Shown: in pieces, positions 43,934 through 55,405 of the stretch | How positions within the stretch are numbered: the first letter of the stretch is position 1 | How the letters are laid out: every line of letters begins with the position of its first letter | Assembly: GCA_963829055.1 (NCBI GenBank) | Contig: CAWHHI010000004.1 | Coordinates: 96,001 to 160,000, forward strand | Length of the DNA stretch: 64,000 bases | Reading direction: 5' to 3' | DNA from: an uncultured Gemmatimonadaceae bacterium | GTDB taxonomy: Bacteria; Gemmatimonadota; Gemmatimonadetes; Gemmatimonadales; Gemmatimonadaceae | Notes under the pieces: model-generated | Told to the model about the DNA's origin: nothing | The model's database searches: none | What the model saw: only the letters and a program-made list of their open reading frames with translations | Translations under genes and position numbers: made by a program

Positions 43934-44180
43934 GAGGCCTGAGGAAGGAGGCCTTAGGAAGGAGGGGAAGAGCGTGTCATCCCGAGCGACAGCGAGGGAT
44001 CTTCCCGAACGTGATTGTGGCCAGGCTGGCTACGATGACGTCACAGGAGATCCTCGCTGCGCTCGCTGCGCTCGGGATGACAATCGCTGTCGCTCGGGAT
44101 GACACGCCGTTTCTCCGTCCGCCTCCGCCCTCCGCCGTCCGCCGTCCGCCTCCTTCCTAAGGCCTCCTTCCTCCTTCCTC
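43934..44180. repeat. Family A REP-like element (43976-44103) flanked by inverted heptamer arrays
   Basis: GAGGCCTTAGGAAGGAGG pairs with CCTCCTTCCTAAGGCCTC; core GTCATCCCGAGCG...CGCTCGGGATGAC with a duplicated right arm. Confidence 0.85.
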
Positions 44181-46524
44181 ACAGCAGTTTGTCCAACGTG
44201 ATGGGCAGATCCCGCACCCGCTTGCCCGTCGCGTGATAGATCGCGTTCCCGATCGACGCCGCCACGCCCACGATCGGGATCTCGCCCACGCCCTTCACGC
44301 CGATCGGGTTCACGTGCGGGTCGTTCTCCTCCACGAACGTGACGTCGATCGAGCCAATGTCCGCGTTCACCGGCACGTGGTACTCCGCGAGATCCGCGTT
44401 CACGTAGCGGCCCGTGCGCGGGTCGATGTGCGTCTCCTCCAGCAGCGCCTGCGAGATCCCCCACACGATGCCGCTGATCATCTGGCTCGTCGCCGTCTTC
44501 ACGTTGAGAATCTTGCCGCCACCGTACGCGCCGACCACGCGCGGCACGCGGATGAGGCCGAGGTCGCGATCCACGCGTACCTCGGAGAACACCGCGCCGA
44601 ACGAGTGCATCGAGTACGCCTGCTGGTCCGGTCCTGGTTTGAGATCGACTCTCGCTTCGACCGGCTGCCCGCCATTCCGAGCGATGAGCGCTTCGAACGT
44701 TTCACTCTTCGACGGGTCCGAGCCTAACGACAGTTTACCGTCTGCCGTGCGCACGTCGTCCTCGCGTGCGCCGTGCAGCGGCGATGCCGCATCGGCGATC
44801 GCCAGTTGCACCAGCTTCTGCCGCGCCGCGAGAGCCGCGGCGTTCACCGCCGGCCCGGTGGAAGAAGCGGTCGCCGAGCCGACCGATCCGGGCGTCGGCG
44901 GCATGTCCGTGTCGCCGAGCTCGAAGCGCACGCGGTCGACCGGCAGGCCTAACGCGTCGGCGGCGATCTGCGACATGACGGTGTACGTGCCGCAGCCAAT
45001 CTCCTGGCTGCCGGCCCGCACGAGCGCGCGACCGTCGGGAAGGATGCGTGCCGTGCAGGATGCCGCCTGCTGGCGCGCCGGGTAGGTCGCGGTTGCCATG
45101 CCGTAGCCAATCAGCCAGCGGCCGTCACTCATCGACCGCGGCGCTGGCGTCCGCTTGCTCCAGCCGAACTTCTCGGCACCGACGCGATAGCACTCGCGAA
45201 GCGACTTGCTCGACCACGGCTTGCCGGAGTCCGGGTCCTTCTCCGCGTAGTTCTTGAGACGCAGCTCGATCGGGTCCATGCGCAGCGCGACCGCGAGCTC
45301 GTCCATCGCGCTCTCGAGCGCGAACGTCCCCGTCGCTTCGCCGGGCGCACGCATGAACGTCGGCGAGCCGACGTTGAGCCGCTTGAGGTCGTGATCGGTT
45401 TCGATGTTCGGCGACTCGTAGAGCATCCGCGTCGCGACGCCGCACGACTCCACGAAATCCTCGAGCATCGACGTCGTCGCGACCGTGTGATGCCTAACGG
45501 CGGTGAGCGTCCCGTCCTTCTTCGCGCCGAGCGTAACGCGCTGCGACGTGGCGGCTCGTCCACCGGTGGGCCCGAACATCTGACGACGCGTGACGACGAG
45601 CTTGACCGGCCGCGAGAGATGCTTCGCCGCCATCGCCGCGAGGTACACGTGCGACCACGGTCCACCCTTGCTGCCGAAGCCGCCGCCCGTGAAGTACGAG
45701 ACGACGCGCACGTTCTCCGGCGGGATGGCGAACGCACGGGCAATACCGCTCCGCACGCTGAAGATCCCCTGCGTGGAGTCGTACAGCGTCACCTTGTCGC
45801 CGTCCCACATCGCCATCGTGTTGTGCGGCTCGAGCGGATTGTGGTTCTCGAGCGGCGTCGTGTACGTGTGCTCGACCTTCACCTCGGCCTCGGCCAGCCC
45901 CTTCTCGACGTCGCCGTGCTTCGTCGCCTTGCCGCCCGCTCCGACGGGGCGCACCGCGTTCGCCGGCGCGAGCGGCGTGGACTCGATGTCGAGCACCGGA
46001 CGCTCCTCGGCGTACGTCACCTTCACGAGCCCCGCGGCGGCCATCGCGTGCTCGAACGTGTCGGCGATGACGAGCCCGATCGGCTGCCCGTTGTAGTAGA
46101 CGAGATCGTCCTGCATGAGCGTCGGCACGCGCATCGCGGGACCGCTCGGTGGCGTGCCCTGCGACTGGCCCGCGCCCTGTCGTTGCTCGCCGCCTGGCTG
46201 TTGGCCACCGCCCTGACTGGGCCCACCCACCGGTGGCGAGGCCTGCGTGCGCGGACGCGGTGGATTCGGCAGCTTGGGCGCGTTCTCCGGCGTGAGGACA
46301 GCGAGGACGCCTGGCGCGCGTGCCGCTTCCGTCGCGTCCATCGTCCGCACTCGTCCGCTCGCGATGGTGCTCGTGACCATCACCGCGTACGCGACGTTAG
46401 GTACCGCGAACTCGGCGGCGTACCTGGCGCCGCCCGTCACTTTGAGCCGGCCGTCCACGCGATTGATCGGCGTGCCGACGCTCGGCGCTGCTCGACCGGT
46501 CGTCGGTCGGGTCACGTCACTCAT
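44179..46524 (-). CDS. Xanthine dehydrogenase family molybdopterin-binding subunit (PaoC/YagR-like)
   Basis: RVDGRLKVTG, GGGFGSK, FMRAPGE and GVKGVGE. Confidence 0.93.
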   Translation of the reverse strand: MSDVTRPTTGRAAPSVGTPINRVDGRLKVTGGARYAAEFAVPNVAYAVMVTSTIASGRVRTMDATEAARAPGVLAVLTPENAPKLPNPPRPRTQASPPVGGPSQGGGQQPGGEQRQGAGQSQGTPPSGPAMRVPTLMQDDLVYYNGQPIGLVIADTFEHAMAAAGLVKVTYAEERPVLDIESTPLAPANAVRPVGAGGKATKHGDVEKGLAEAEVKVEHTYTTPLENHNPLEPHNTMAMWDGDKVTLYDSTQGIFSVRSGIARAFAIPPENVRVVSYFTGGGFGSKGGPWSHVYLAAMAAKHLSRPVKLVVTRRQMFGPTGGRAATSQRVTLGAKKDGTLTAVRHHTVATTSMLEDFVESCGVATRMLYESPNIETDHDLKRLNVGSPTFMRAPGEATGTFALESAMDELAVALRMDPIELRLKNYAEKDPDSGKPWSSKSLRECYRVGAEKFGWSKRTPAPRSMSDGRWLIGYGMATATYPARQQAASCTARILPDGRALVRAGSQEIGCGTYTVMSQIAADALGLPVDRVRFELGDTDMPPTPGSVGSATASSTGPAVNAAALAARQKLVQLAIADAASPLHGAREDDVRTADGKLSLGSDPSKSETFEALIARNGGQPVEARVDLKPGPDQQAYSMHSFGAVFSEVRVDRDLGLIRVPRVVGAYGGGKILNVKTATSQMISGIVWGISQALLEETHIDPRTGRYVNADLAEYHVPVNADIGSIDVTFVEENDPHVNPIGVKGVGEIPIVGVAASIGNAIYHATGKRVRDLPITLDKLL

Positions 46525-47528
46525 GCCACCACCTCCGTCAGCGCGCGCACGAGCGTACGCTTGGCCAACTCGACCTTGAACGCATTGTCCTTGTGCGTCA
46601 CCGCACCCTGGAGCGCGGCGTTCGCCGCGGAGCGGAACGTCGCCGCCGTGGGCGCCTTGCCCACCAGCGCGCGCTCGGCGGCGAGTGACCGCCAGGGCTT
46701 CGTGCCGACGCCACCTAACGCGACGCGCGACTCGCGGATTTTGCCGTTGGCGACATCCAGGGCCACGGCAGCCGACGCCAGCGCGAAGGCATAGCTCGCC
46801 CGGTCGCGGACTTTGAGATACAGCGAGCGCCGCGCGAACGGCAGCGCCGGAACCTCGATCGCCGTGATGATCTCGCCCGCGCGCAGCACGGTTTCGCGCT
46901 CTGGATGCGTCCCCGGCAGCACGTGAAAGTCGGTCATCGCGATCGTCCGTTCTGCCCCACCCGCGGTCGTCCTACCCGTCCGGACCCGGACCGTCGCGTC
47001 CAGCGCGGCGAGCGCCACCGCGAGGTCTGATGGATTCGTCGCGATGCAGTGCTCGCTCGTGCCGAGGATGGCGTGGCTGCGGTTGAAGCCGCGAAGGGCG
47101 GAGCAGCCCGTGCCCGGCTCGCGCTTATTGCACGGCATCGCGGTGTCGCGGAAGTACGGGCATCGCGTGCGCTGCAGGATATTGCCGCCCATCGACGCCA
47201 TGTTCCGAAGCTGGCCGGACGCCGCCAGGAGCAGCGATTGACTCAGCATTGGGTAGCGCTCTTTCACGCGCGCGTCCCACGCGACGTCGCTCATTGGCGC
47301 CAGCGCGCCGATGCGGAGCCCTCCGCCGGGCATCTCGCTGATGGTGGCGAGCGTGCGATCGGCTTCCGCGAGCGGGTTCAGGTCGACGACGTGTGCCGGC
47401 GTTTCGACCTCGAGCTTCATGAGATCGACGAGGTTCGTTCCGCCGACGATGAAGCGCGTGTTAGGCGCGGCGCCGGCGCGTAGCGCGTCGGCAATCGTGC
47501 CGGGTGCCGTGTAGTCGAAGGGTTTCAT
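46521..47528 (-). CDS. FAD-binding subunit (PaoB/YagS-like)
   Basis: GGTNLVDLMK, QLRNMASMGGN, RTRCPYFRD...CNKREPG and KVRDRASYAF. Confidence 0.93.
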   Translation of the reverse strand: MKPFDYTAPGTIADALRAGAAPNTRFIVGGTNLVDLMKLEVETPAHVVDLNPLAEADRTLATISEMPGGGLRIGALAPMSDVAWDARVKERYPMLSQSLLLAASGQLRNMASMGGNILQRTRCPYFRDTAMPCNKREPGTGCSALRGFNRSHAILGTSEHCIATNPSDLAVALAALDATVRVRTGRTTAGGAERTIAMTDFHVLPGTHPERETVLRAGEIITAIEVPALPFARRSLYLKVRDRASYAFALASAAVALDVANGKIRESRVALGGVGTKPWRSLAAERALVGKAPTAATFRSAANAALQGAVTHKDNAFKVELAKRTLVRALTEVVA

Positions 47529-48702
47529 CGGCGTCCTCCGTTGGAGTCGGTCGACGTTCCCTTACGCACCTGCTGAATGGCCGCGACGATCCCGGGGTAC
47601 GCGCCGCAGCGACAGATGTTGCCGCTCATCGCTTCGCGCACGTCGTCGTCAGCAGGGCCCCACGGCTCGCGCACCACGGCACTCGCCGACATGATCTGCC
47701 CAGACGTGCAGTAGCCGCACTGGAAGCCGTCGTGATCGATGAACGCTTGCTGCATGGGGTGCAGCGCGTCACCCGATGCGCCGGCAGTCGCGGCGAGTCC
47801 TTCGATGGTCGTGATCTCCTTGCCTTGCTGCATCACGGCGAACGTCAGGCAGGATAGAATGCGGCGTCCGTTCACGTGAACGGTGCACGCGCCGCACTGG
47901 CCGTGATCGCAGCCTTTCTTCGGGCCGGTGATGCCGGCGTATTCCCGCAGCGCGTCGAGCAGCGTGACGCGCGGCTCGAGCTCGAGCGTCAGGTCGCGTC
48001 CGTTGACACGCAGGCGAACCGCACTCGCAAGCTCGGATGACGACGTCCCCGCGCTGCCGCCAATCGATCGCGCGATCTCTTCGGCGCGAGCGGCTCGACG
48101 CGCGAACGCGAGCGCGACGGCCGCGGCGAGCGTCGTCGCGACGAACCGCCGTCGCGTCCACTCCCGGGAGGTTGCCGACGGCTCGTTCGCGTCGGCAGCG
48201 TCGTCGGGGAGACCGTGCTCCCGACCGCTGGCGCCAGCGCGTTAGGCGTCGGCGAGGCGTCACCCGGCACATGACGCCAGCTGATGCGACCATCGGCGTC
48301 AACGACGAACACCGCGGCCACGCCAGCCACTCCGTACTGCTCGGCCACCGGACCGCCGTCGAGACATACGACCGGAAGGTCGAGCGCGCCGTCTTCGAAC
48401 AGCGGCGACTGCCACGTTCCCTCGCCAGCGATGCTCAACAGTCGAGCGCCGGCCGCTCCCGGCAGATCCGCGATGAGCCGATTGTACGCGCGAACGGACT
48501 CGGACCACGCCGGGTCCCAGTGCGCCCCGTGAAAGGCGAGCAGCACGGGCGAGCCACGCAGTTCGGATAGAGAGATCTGATGACCGGCGCGGTCAGTCAG
48601 CTCGAAATGCGGCGCGTATGCGCCGACGTCGGGCGCGCGCGGCGGATCACTCACGTCGTCGCACGCGCGCCCGATGCCACAAGGGGTGCTCGGGGTATTC
48701 AT
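47525..48702 (-). CDS. Redoxin (AhpC/TSA-like) domain + Tat-like signal + 2Fe-2S subunit (PaoA/YagT-like); one frameshift near 48200-48245
   Basis: APHFELTD...SLSELRG...FVVDADGRISW, then EWTRRRFVATTLAAAVALA, KKGCDHGQCGACT, QCGYCTSG and NICRC. Confidence 0.8.
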
Positions 48703-48804
48703 AGTCGCTCCACAGCAGCCAGCACCACCGGCGGCGTCGCAAGAACGATGCTCGATTGCGCGCCCGCGTTCCCCGTGTCTACGCCCTGCGTCTACGCCAT
48801 GTGT

Positions 48805-50039
48805 CTACTTCGGCCAGCCCGTCTGTGGCAGCCTCGACGTAATGCGCAGGGCATTCTGGTAGTAGACCTTCTTCAGCACGGAGTCCGGCAGGTCGATGCC
48901 GTACAGCTTCCAGAACGCGTGGTAGCCGCGGTAGTAGTCGAAGTAGTCATCGCGCGTCTCGAACACGCGCCAGTAGTACGGATACTCCTCGGGCTGGAAC
49001 GAGTCCTTCCCGAAGAGGATGCGATCCTGGTACTTCACGAAGAAGTCGTGCGCGCCACGCGGCTGGCGCCCGATGTCGTACAGGACGGCGCCAACTTCGG
49101 TGTACAGATTCGGCATCTCGTCCATCATCTTGCGCGAGGCGCCCCAGGTCGTTCGCGTGCCACCCCATGTGCGCCGCCACGAACGTCGTCTTGGGATGCT
49201 TGCGGAACAGGTTGTCGCGCTCCGCCATCACCTCTTCGAACTTCGGAAACTTGTCCGGTGGATAGCGGCGCCCGGGGAAGAGCGAGATCTCGAGCCAACG
49301 CTCGTTGGAGTAGTCGACGGGCTCGAAGAACTCCTGCGGATCGGCCGTATGGATGAACACCGGGAGCTTGAGTCGCGCGCACGCATCCCAGATGGGGTCG
49401 AGCTCGGGATCGTCGAGCTTGAGGCGCGAGCCATCCGGCTTTCGCGTAGACAGGCCGAAGTCTTTCCCGATCTCACCGACGCCGACGGCGCCCGCGGCGA
49501 CGTCGGCCTCGAGCTGCGCGACCGCCTTCTCCGCCCACCCCGGTCCGACGTTGCGGAAGTCGATGCCCGCGAGGATGCGCACGCGATCCTTCATCTTGGG
49601 CGATCGCGTTCAGCACCGTGAGCGCTCGCTGCAACCGCTCGCCGGACATGTTGTCGGCGACCACCATCAGCCTAACGTTCAGGCTGTCGAGCGCCGAGAC
49701 GAGCGTCGTCAACCCCTCGGCGGAACCGAGTAGGCCGGCCGGGTGGCCATGGAAGTCGATCGCCGGAAACTTCGCGGTCTTCACCATGTGCGCCGGCGTG
49801 ACGAGCGTCGACCGTGGACGATAGTCCAGGATGCTCGGCGCCGGCGCTTCCGGGCCCAGGCAGTTCCGCGGACGAATCTCGGTGGTACCGGGCGGGCAGG
49901 ATTCGCCCGGCTGGATCTGCGTCCCGCGCGCGCCTCCCGGTCCGCGATTCGACGGCTGCTGCGATGCGACGGTGCTATTGCTGACGGAAATAGCGACGGA
50001 AACGGCGACGACGGCGATGACAACGGACTTACGGCGCAT
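48805..50039 (-). CDS. Exported amidohydrolase family protein (frameshifts near 49600 and 49135)
   Basis: Signal peptide, IDFHGH, PVFIHTADP, AAHMG and RILFGKD. Confidence 0.88.
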
Positions 50040-50248
50040 GAACGCTCCTCACGTGCGTGAACCGGCAATCTGCTCCCGGGCGCACCACGCGGGAACCCCG
50101 TTGTGACAGGACGCCCTGCCTCGCGGGCATACGGGCCATGAGCGATCTTGCTCGGCCATCACGCCGCGTGGCCGCGACGGCTGCCACGGCGGGCCTCGCG
50201 TTCGTCTTCCGTCCACGCCGGAGCGGTCGGAGCGGTGACTGCGAGCCG

Positions 50249-50824
50249 TTAGGCCATCGTCAGGTGTTCTCGATCTCCGTGCGCTTCGCCACAGCCGGCG
50301 GACGAGTGATGAAGACCATGGCGAGCGCGAACAGGCCGGCTGGCACCCAGACCCACGCGAAATTCGCTCGCGAGTATCGCCAGCCCGCGTGCCGTGAAGA
50401 ACCGGCTGATGCTCATCGGCGACACGAGAATCGGTCGCCACGGGAAGAAGTACCGGTCGTTCACGACGGGGGCGAAGAAGGCGATACCTCCTCCACCCGA
50501 GGTCATGGCGTCGAGCATTCCGTGCGACGCCGTCGCGAGGAAGAGATAGATCCAGACGCGGGCGCGAATGTCGGCATACCGTTCGCCCCGAAACGCGAGC
50601 AGACCCGCAGTGGCGAACAATGCCGCGAACACCAGCGAATGCGTGAAGCCGCGGTGCCCGAAAATGCTCTCGTACGGAACGCCGAGCCAGAAGCCGACGC
50701 CGTCGAGGTCCGGGATCACCGCGCCGACGGCGCCGAGCACCCAGAATCGCGTCGGCAGTTCCGGTCGCCGGAAAGCCGTGCCGATGGCGAGTCCGGCGAC
50801 CGCATGCGTGAAGGCCGATGCCAT
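50249..50824 (-). CDS. YdjM/YbcI-type membrane metal-dependent hydrolase (3' end probably frameshifted)
   Basis: MASAFTH, IPDLD, GHRGFTHS, SHGMLDAMT and RYFFPW. Confidence 0.88.
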   Translation of the reverse strand: MASAFTHAVAGLAIGTAFRRPELPTRFWVLGAVGAVIPDLDGVGFWLGVPYESIFGHRGFTHSLVFAALFATAGLLAFRGERYADIRARVWIYLFLATASHGMLDAMTSGGGGIAFFAPVVNDRYFFPWRPILVSPMSISRFFTARGLAILASEFRVGLGASRPVRARHGLHHSSAGCGEAHGDREHLTMA

Positions 50825-50831
50825 TACCGGA

Positions 50832-53505
50832 TCAGTCGTATCGTAGCGCCTGCACTGGGTCGATGCGAAGTGCGCGCCGAGCCGGCAGCCAACTGGCGAT
50901 CAGCGCCGCGCCGAGCAGCACCACGACTACCAGCGCGAACGTCGCGGGATCCGTCGCCTGGACTTCGAAGAGAACGGCGGACATGAGACGGGTGAGCACG
51001 AACGCGCCCGCAATACCGGCCACGACGCCGGCCACGGCCAGCCCCATCCCCTGACCAACAACGAGTCGAAGTACCGACCGCGGGCTCGCGCCGAGTGCGA
51101 CGCGCACGCCAATCTCCTGTCGGCGTTGGCTCACCGCATACGCGAGCACGCCGTAAATGCCGAGTGCGCCCAGCGTGAGCCCCATGATCCCGAACAGCAG
51201 CAGGAGCGACGCGAGCAGTCGCGGACGCGCGACGGCGCCACCCACGATCGCCGACAGCGACTCGACGCTCGTGATGGTCTGATCGCGATCGACCGACCAG
51301 ATCGCCTCGCGCACCGCGTTCGCGTATCGCAGCGGATCGCCCGTGGTGCGGATCGCGAGACTCAGCCCCGCCCGCATGTTCTGCGGGTAATGAATGTAGG
51401 CCGTCGGCTCGGCCGGCTCGGACAGACTCTTCTGACGGAAATCTCCGACGACGCCGATGATCTGGATGGCCGCCGGGCCCATGCGAAGCACCTTGCCCAC
51501 CGGACTCTCGTTAGGGAAGTATTTCTTCGCGAACGCCTCGTTCACGATCCACACTGGCGGCGCATCCTCTCGGTCGGCGGCCGTGAAGCCCCGGCCGGCA
51601 CGCAGCGGGACTCCCATCGCGCGGAAGTAGTCGGCGCTCACGTGAAGCACGGGGAGGCGGATCTGGCGATCGCCCTCGGTGCTGCCGGCGCTTGCGGGCA
51701 CCGTTGGCGGCCGGAGCTCGCCGACGCCCCGCAGCGGGAAGTCCTTCGCCGCACCCACGGCCTCGACGCCGGGCACCGCCGCGATGCGATCGAGCAACGA
51801 CTGATAGTAATCCCGAATCCTCGCGTCCCCATACTTCTCGTACGTGCATGCCAAGTCTGACGGCGAGCACGTTGCGCGCGTTGAAGCCTGGATCGACGTC
51901 GAGCAGCCGCGCGAAGCTCTTGGTCGCGAGTCCCGCCCCGACGACCAGGATGACGGCGAGCGCCACCTCGGCCACCACGAGCGCGCTTCGCAGATGTTGG
52001 CCCGCGTTGCCGACTGACCCTCTCGAACCAGCGCGAAGGACGCCCTGAAGATTTCGCGACGTCGCTCGAATGGCAGGCAGTAGCCCGAACAGCAACCCGG
52101 CCAGTGTCGAGACGCCGAGGGTGTACAGCAGCACCGTCGCGTCGATGCGGATGGCCGCGGCGCGCGGCAGCTCGCCGGCCCCGATGGCGCCTAACGCTTT
52201 CACTCCTGCATATGCCAGGGCGAGGCCCATCGCCCCGCCTAGGAGCGCCAGCACGAGACTCTCAGTGACGAGTTGGCGCAGAATACGGCCGCGCCCCGCG
52301 CCAAGCGCGGAACGCACGGCAAGCTCGCGCTGGCGCGCCGTCGCGCGAGCGAGCAGCAGGCTGGCGATGTTCACGCACGTGATCAGCAGGACGAACGCGA
52401 CTGCGCCAAGGAGCAGCAGCAACGGCCGCCGGACTTCGCCGGTCAGCGCTTCGCGGACGGGTAGCATCGCGACGTCCGTCCACCCTCGCGCTTCCTGCTC
52501 CCGCTCGGCCGTCTGGCGCGAGATCTCCGCGAGCTCGTCGTGTGCCTGCGCGATAGTCGCCCCGGGCGCCAGCCGCCCGAACACGTCGAGAAAGCGGCTG
52601 GAGCGCTGCCGCCCTATCGCGTCCGGCCCCATGTTCGAGAGCGGCATCCAGAAATCGATGCGGTCGGCGGGGAATGTGAACTCCGGCGGCATGACGCCGA
52701 CGACGGTGTACGGAATGCCGTCGATGGTGAGCGCCCGCCCGATGATCGTGCGGTCACCACCGAATCGTCGTCGCCAGAGGCCGTCACTCAGCACCACGAA
52801 GTGATCGTTGCCGACCACCGCTTCCTCGGATCGAATCGTTCTGCCCAGCGCTGCCCTCGGGCGCAGCGTCTCGAAAAAGCCAGGCGTGAAGTACGCACCC
52901 TGAATGCGTTCGGGCGTTCCGGTGCCGGTGAGGTCCGCGCCGCTCCCGCCCGGTGCGTACCAGTACGCGGCCAATGACGCGAAGCGCTTGCTGGCGACTT
53001 TCCACTCCAGGAAGTCCGGCTCGGACACCTGCGACTTCGGGTCATTCTCCGCCTTGTTCACGTGCCAGATGCGGATCACGCGATCCGCCTCCGGGAAGGG
53101 CAGTGGGCTGAGAAGGACACCGCGCACGACGCTGAAGATGGCGGTGTTGGCCCCGATGCCTAACGCCAGCGTGAGCAGCGCGACGAGCGCGAAACCGGGC
53201 GCCGAGCGGAGCGTCCGCACGGCGTACACGAGGTCGTGCTTGAGCTCTTCGATCATGGTAGTGTGCCGTGTCTCCCGCTCGCGACGCACATCCTCGTCGC
53301 GGCAATAGCGTCTCGTGTATTCGAGGTTTCCGAACCGCTCCGCGGCTGCGCGGCGCGCGTCCTCGAGAGAGAGCCCTGACTCCGTCAGCTCCTCGATGCG
53401 ACGCGCGAGGTGGAACGCCAGCTCGGCGTCCACGTCGTTCGTCACCTGCCGCTTGGTGCGCCAGGCGAATCGGAACTCACGACGGGCTCGGGGTTGGCCG
53501 GACAT
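50832..53505 (-). CDS. Duplicated MacB/FtsX-type ABC permease (ADOP family; frameshift near 51850)
   Basis: ELAFHL, LALGIGANTAIFSVV, RQRELAVRSALGA, EIGVRVALGA and DPVQALR. Confidence 0.92.
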
Positions 53506-53514
53506 GGGACCGCG

Positions 53515-53847
53515 TTAGGCCGTGTCGAGTACGCGGAACAGTGCGCCCATGTACTGCCTGAGCTCGGCGACTTCGGCCTTGAGCTGGCGCCGACCCGCCG
53601 GGGTGATGGTGTAGTACTTCGCACGGTGGTTCTTCTCGGACATCCCCCACTCGGATTCCACGAGCCCCTTCCGCTCGAGACGATGCAGCGCCTGATAGAG
53701 CGCTGCGTCCTCGACCGAGAGCGCGCCCTCGCTCCGGTCGCTGATCCACCGGGCGATGCCATAGCCGTGCATCGCTGTCCATGACAGCGTGCGCAGGATG
53801 AGCACGTCGACCGTGCCCTGGAGCAGTCCGAGCGATTCTTGCGCCAT
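53515..53847 (-). CDS. PadR family transcriptional regulator
   Basis: LLQGTVDVLIL, MHGYGIA, ALYQALHRLE and RAKYY. Confidence 0.93.
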   Translation of the reverse strand: MAQESLGLLQGTVDVLILRTLSWTAMHGYGIARWISDRSEGALSVEDAALYQALHRLERKGLVESEWGMSEKNHRAKYYTITPAGRRQLKAEVAELRQYMGALFRVLDTA

Positions 53848-53884
53848 GAAGTCCTCGTTCGAGAATACCTAACATGATGATGTA

Positions 53885-53897
53885 CTCACCATGTGAG
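53885..53897. promoter_or_regulatory. Palindrome upstream of padR (candidate operator)
   Basis: CTCAC-CAT-GTGAG, preceded by a related half-site ACCTAAC at 53867. Confidence 0.4.
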
Positions 53898-54115
53898 GCA
53901 ATATAGACCGGGGACGCGCCACGTCAAATCGTGGCCAGATCGCTCTGGCCGCGATACTCGACCATTCCTGTTCTGTCTTCGCAGGTAGTGAGATAGGGAG
54001 TTGGCTTCGATGGTTCTGGCGCGGCGCAAAATTCTGAAAACGGGCGGCCTCCTTCGCACAACGCGTCTTGTTTGACGGAGCCGTGCAATCCGCCGTTGAG
54101 GTTTGCGGCCCCACC

Positions 54116-54989
54116 ATGTCGCATCTTCTCGGAGGCGTGATTGTGGCAATCGGGGTCAGGCGCGGGCTAATCGGGTGCGTGACGTTCGCGCTCTGTAGTG
54201 CTGCTGGCTCCGTCGCAACCGGGCAGACCGTGCGTGGCGCGCCGAGTGGATTCGGCCGCTTCGGCGGCGTGTCCGACTGCTCCGATCCGCCGATCAAGAA
54301 CATTCCGTACGACGGTCAGTTCACGTTCGTGCGACTCCGATACAATGGTGGCCCGGGTCAGTGCTACTACCGCGGCGAGCCGGCGTGGGCGCACGGCTAC
54401 GGGTACACGGAGCGCGGCGTCGCCGAGGCGAATCTGATGAAGATCGTCTCCGAGATCAGCGTGATGCATCCGCATCTCGAACGCGACGAACGTGCTCTCG
54501 ATCGATGACCCGGAATTGTTCAGGTATCCGGTGGCGTTCCTGGTCGAGGCCGGATACCTCACGCTGAACGAGAAGGAGGTCGCGGCGCTGCGAAAGTACC
54601 TCCTGCGTGGTGGCTTTCTCATCATCGATGATTCACGCGAGGACGCATTTCGCGGGAACAGCGGCTGGTCGAACACGGCCGCGATGCTCAACCTGGTACT
54701 GCCGGACCTGCACCCGATCGACATCGATGTCTCACACCCGATCTTCCACGCGTTCTTCGACATCCCGTCGTTCGACATCGTTAGGCAGTTCTACGACCAG
54801 GGCCCGCCGATCTTCCGCGGCATCTTCGAGAACAACGATCCGAAGAAGCGGCTCATGGTGATGATCAACTTCAACACCGATGTTTCCAATTTCTGGGAGT
54901 ACTCGGCCCTCGGCTTCATGCCGATGGAGGAGTCGAACGAGGCGTACAAGCTCGGCGTGAACTACCTGTTCTACGCGATGACGCATTGA
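54116..54989 (+). CDS. DUF4159 domain protein (frameshift near 54485)
   Basis: YDGQFTFVRLRY, DDPELFRYP, LRKYLLRGGFLIIDD, HPIFHAFF and AYKLGVNY. Confidence 0.88.
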
Positions 54990-54997
54990 GCGATCAC

Positions 54998-55067
54998 GTC
55001 ATCCCGAGCCCCAGCCCTCTTTCATCCCGAGCGCCGCTCTTGTCATCCCGAGCGCCAGCGAGGGATC
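54998..55067 (+). repeat. Three tandem orphan left arms of family A
   Basis: TCATCCCGAGC three times; the last continues CCAGCGAGGGATCT. Confidence 0.7.
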
Positions 55068-55119
55068 TGCTGGCCGGATCGTGTAGCCAGTCTCGCGTGA
55101 ACATGGTCGAGTGTGCAGG

Positions 55120-55379
55120 TCCAACAGCGACGCAGAAGGACGCAGGCGCTTCGCGCAACGCAGAAGGACGCAGAAAACCGCACCACACCTCTAACGACAG
55201 TCGCGTCTCGCGGGGCGTGAAGAAAAGGTCAGCGACCTCGGGACGCATTGGCCTGCCCGAGGTGGTCCCCTTTCTCACAGGCTCGGCGCACCGCCGGTGT
55301 CCCGAGCGGCCGTTTTCTGCGGCCTTCTGCGTTGCGGCCCGCGAAGCGGCTGCCTGCGCCCTTCTGCGTCGCTGTTGGA
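55120..55379. mobile_element. Family B MITE-like element (inverted relative to the 20572 copy)
   Basis: Same terminal repeats; interior CCCCTTTCTCACAGGCTCGGCGCACCGCCGGTGTCCCGAGCGGCCGTTTTCTGCG is the reverse complement of the 20572 interior. Confidence 0.75.
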
Positions 55380-55405
55380 ATGGCGGTAGCAGTTGGCTTC
55401 GTCGC

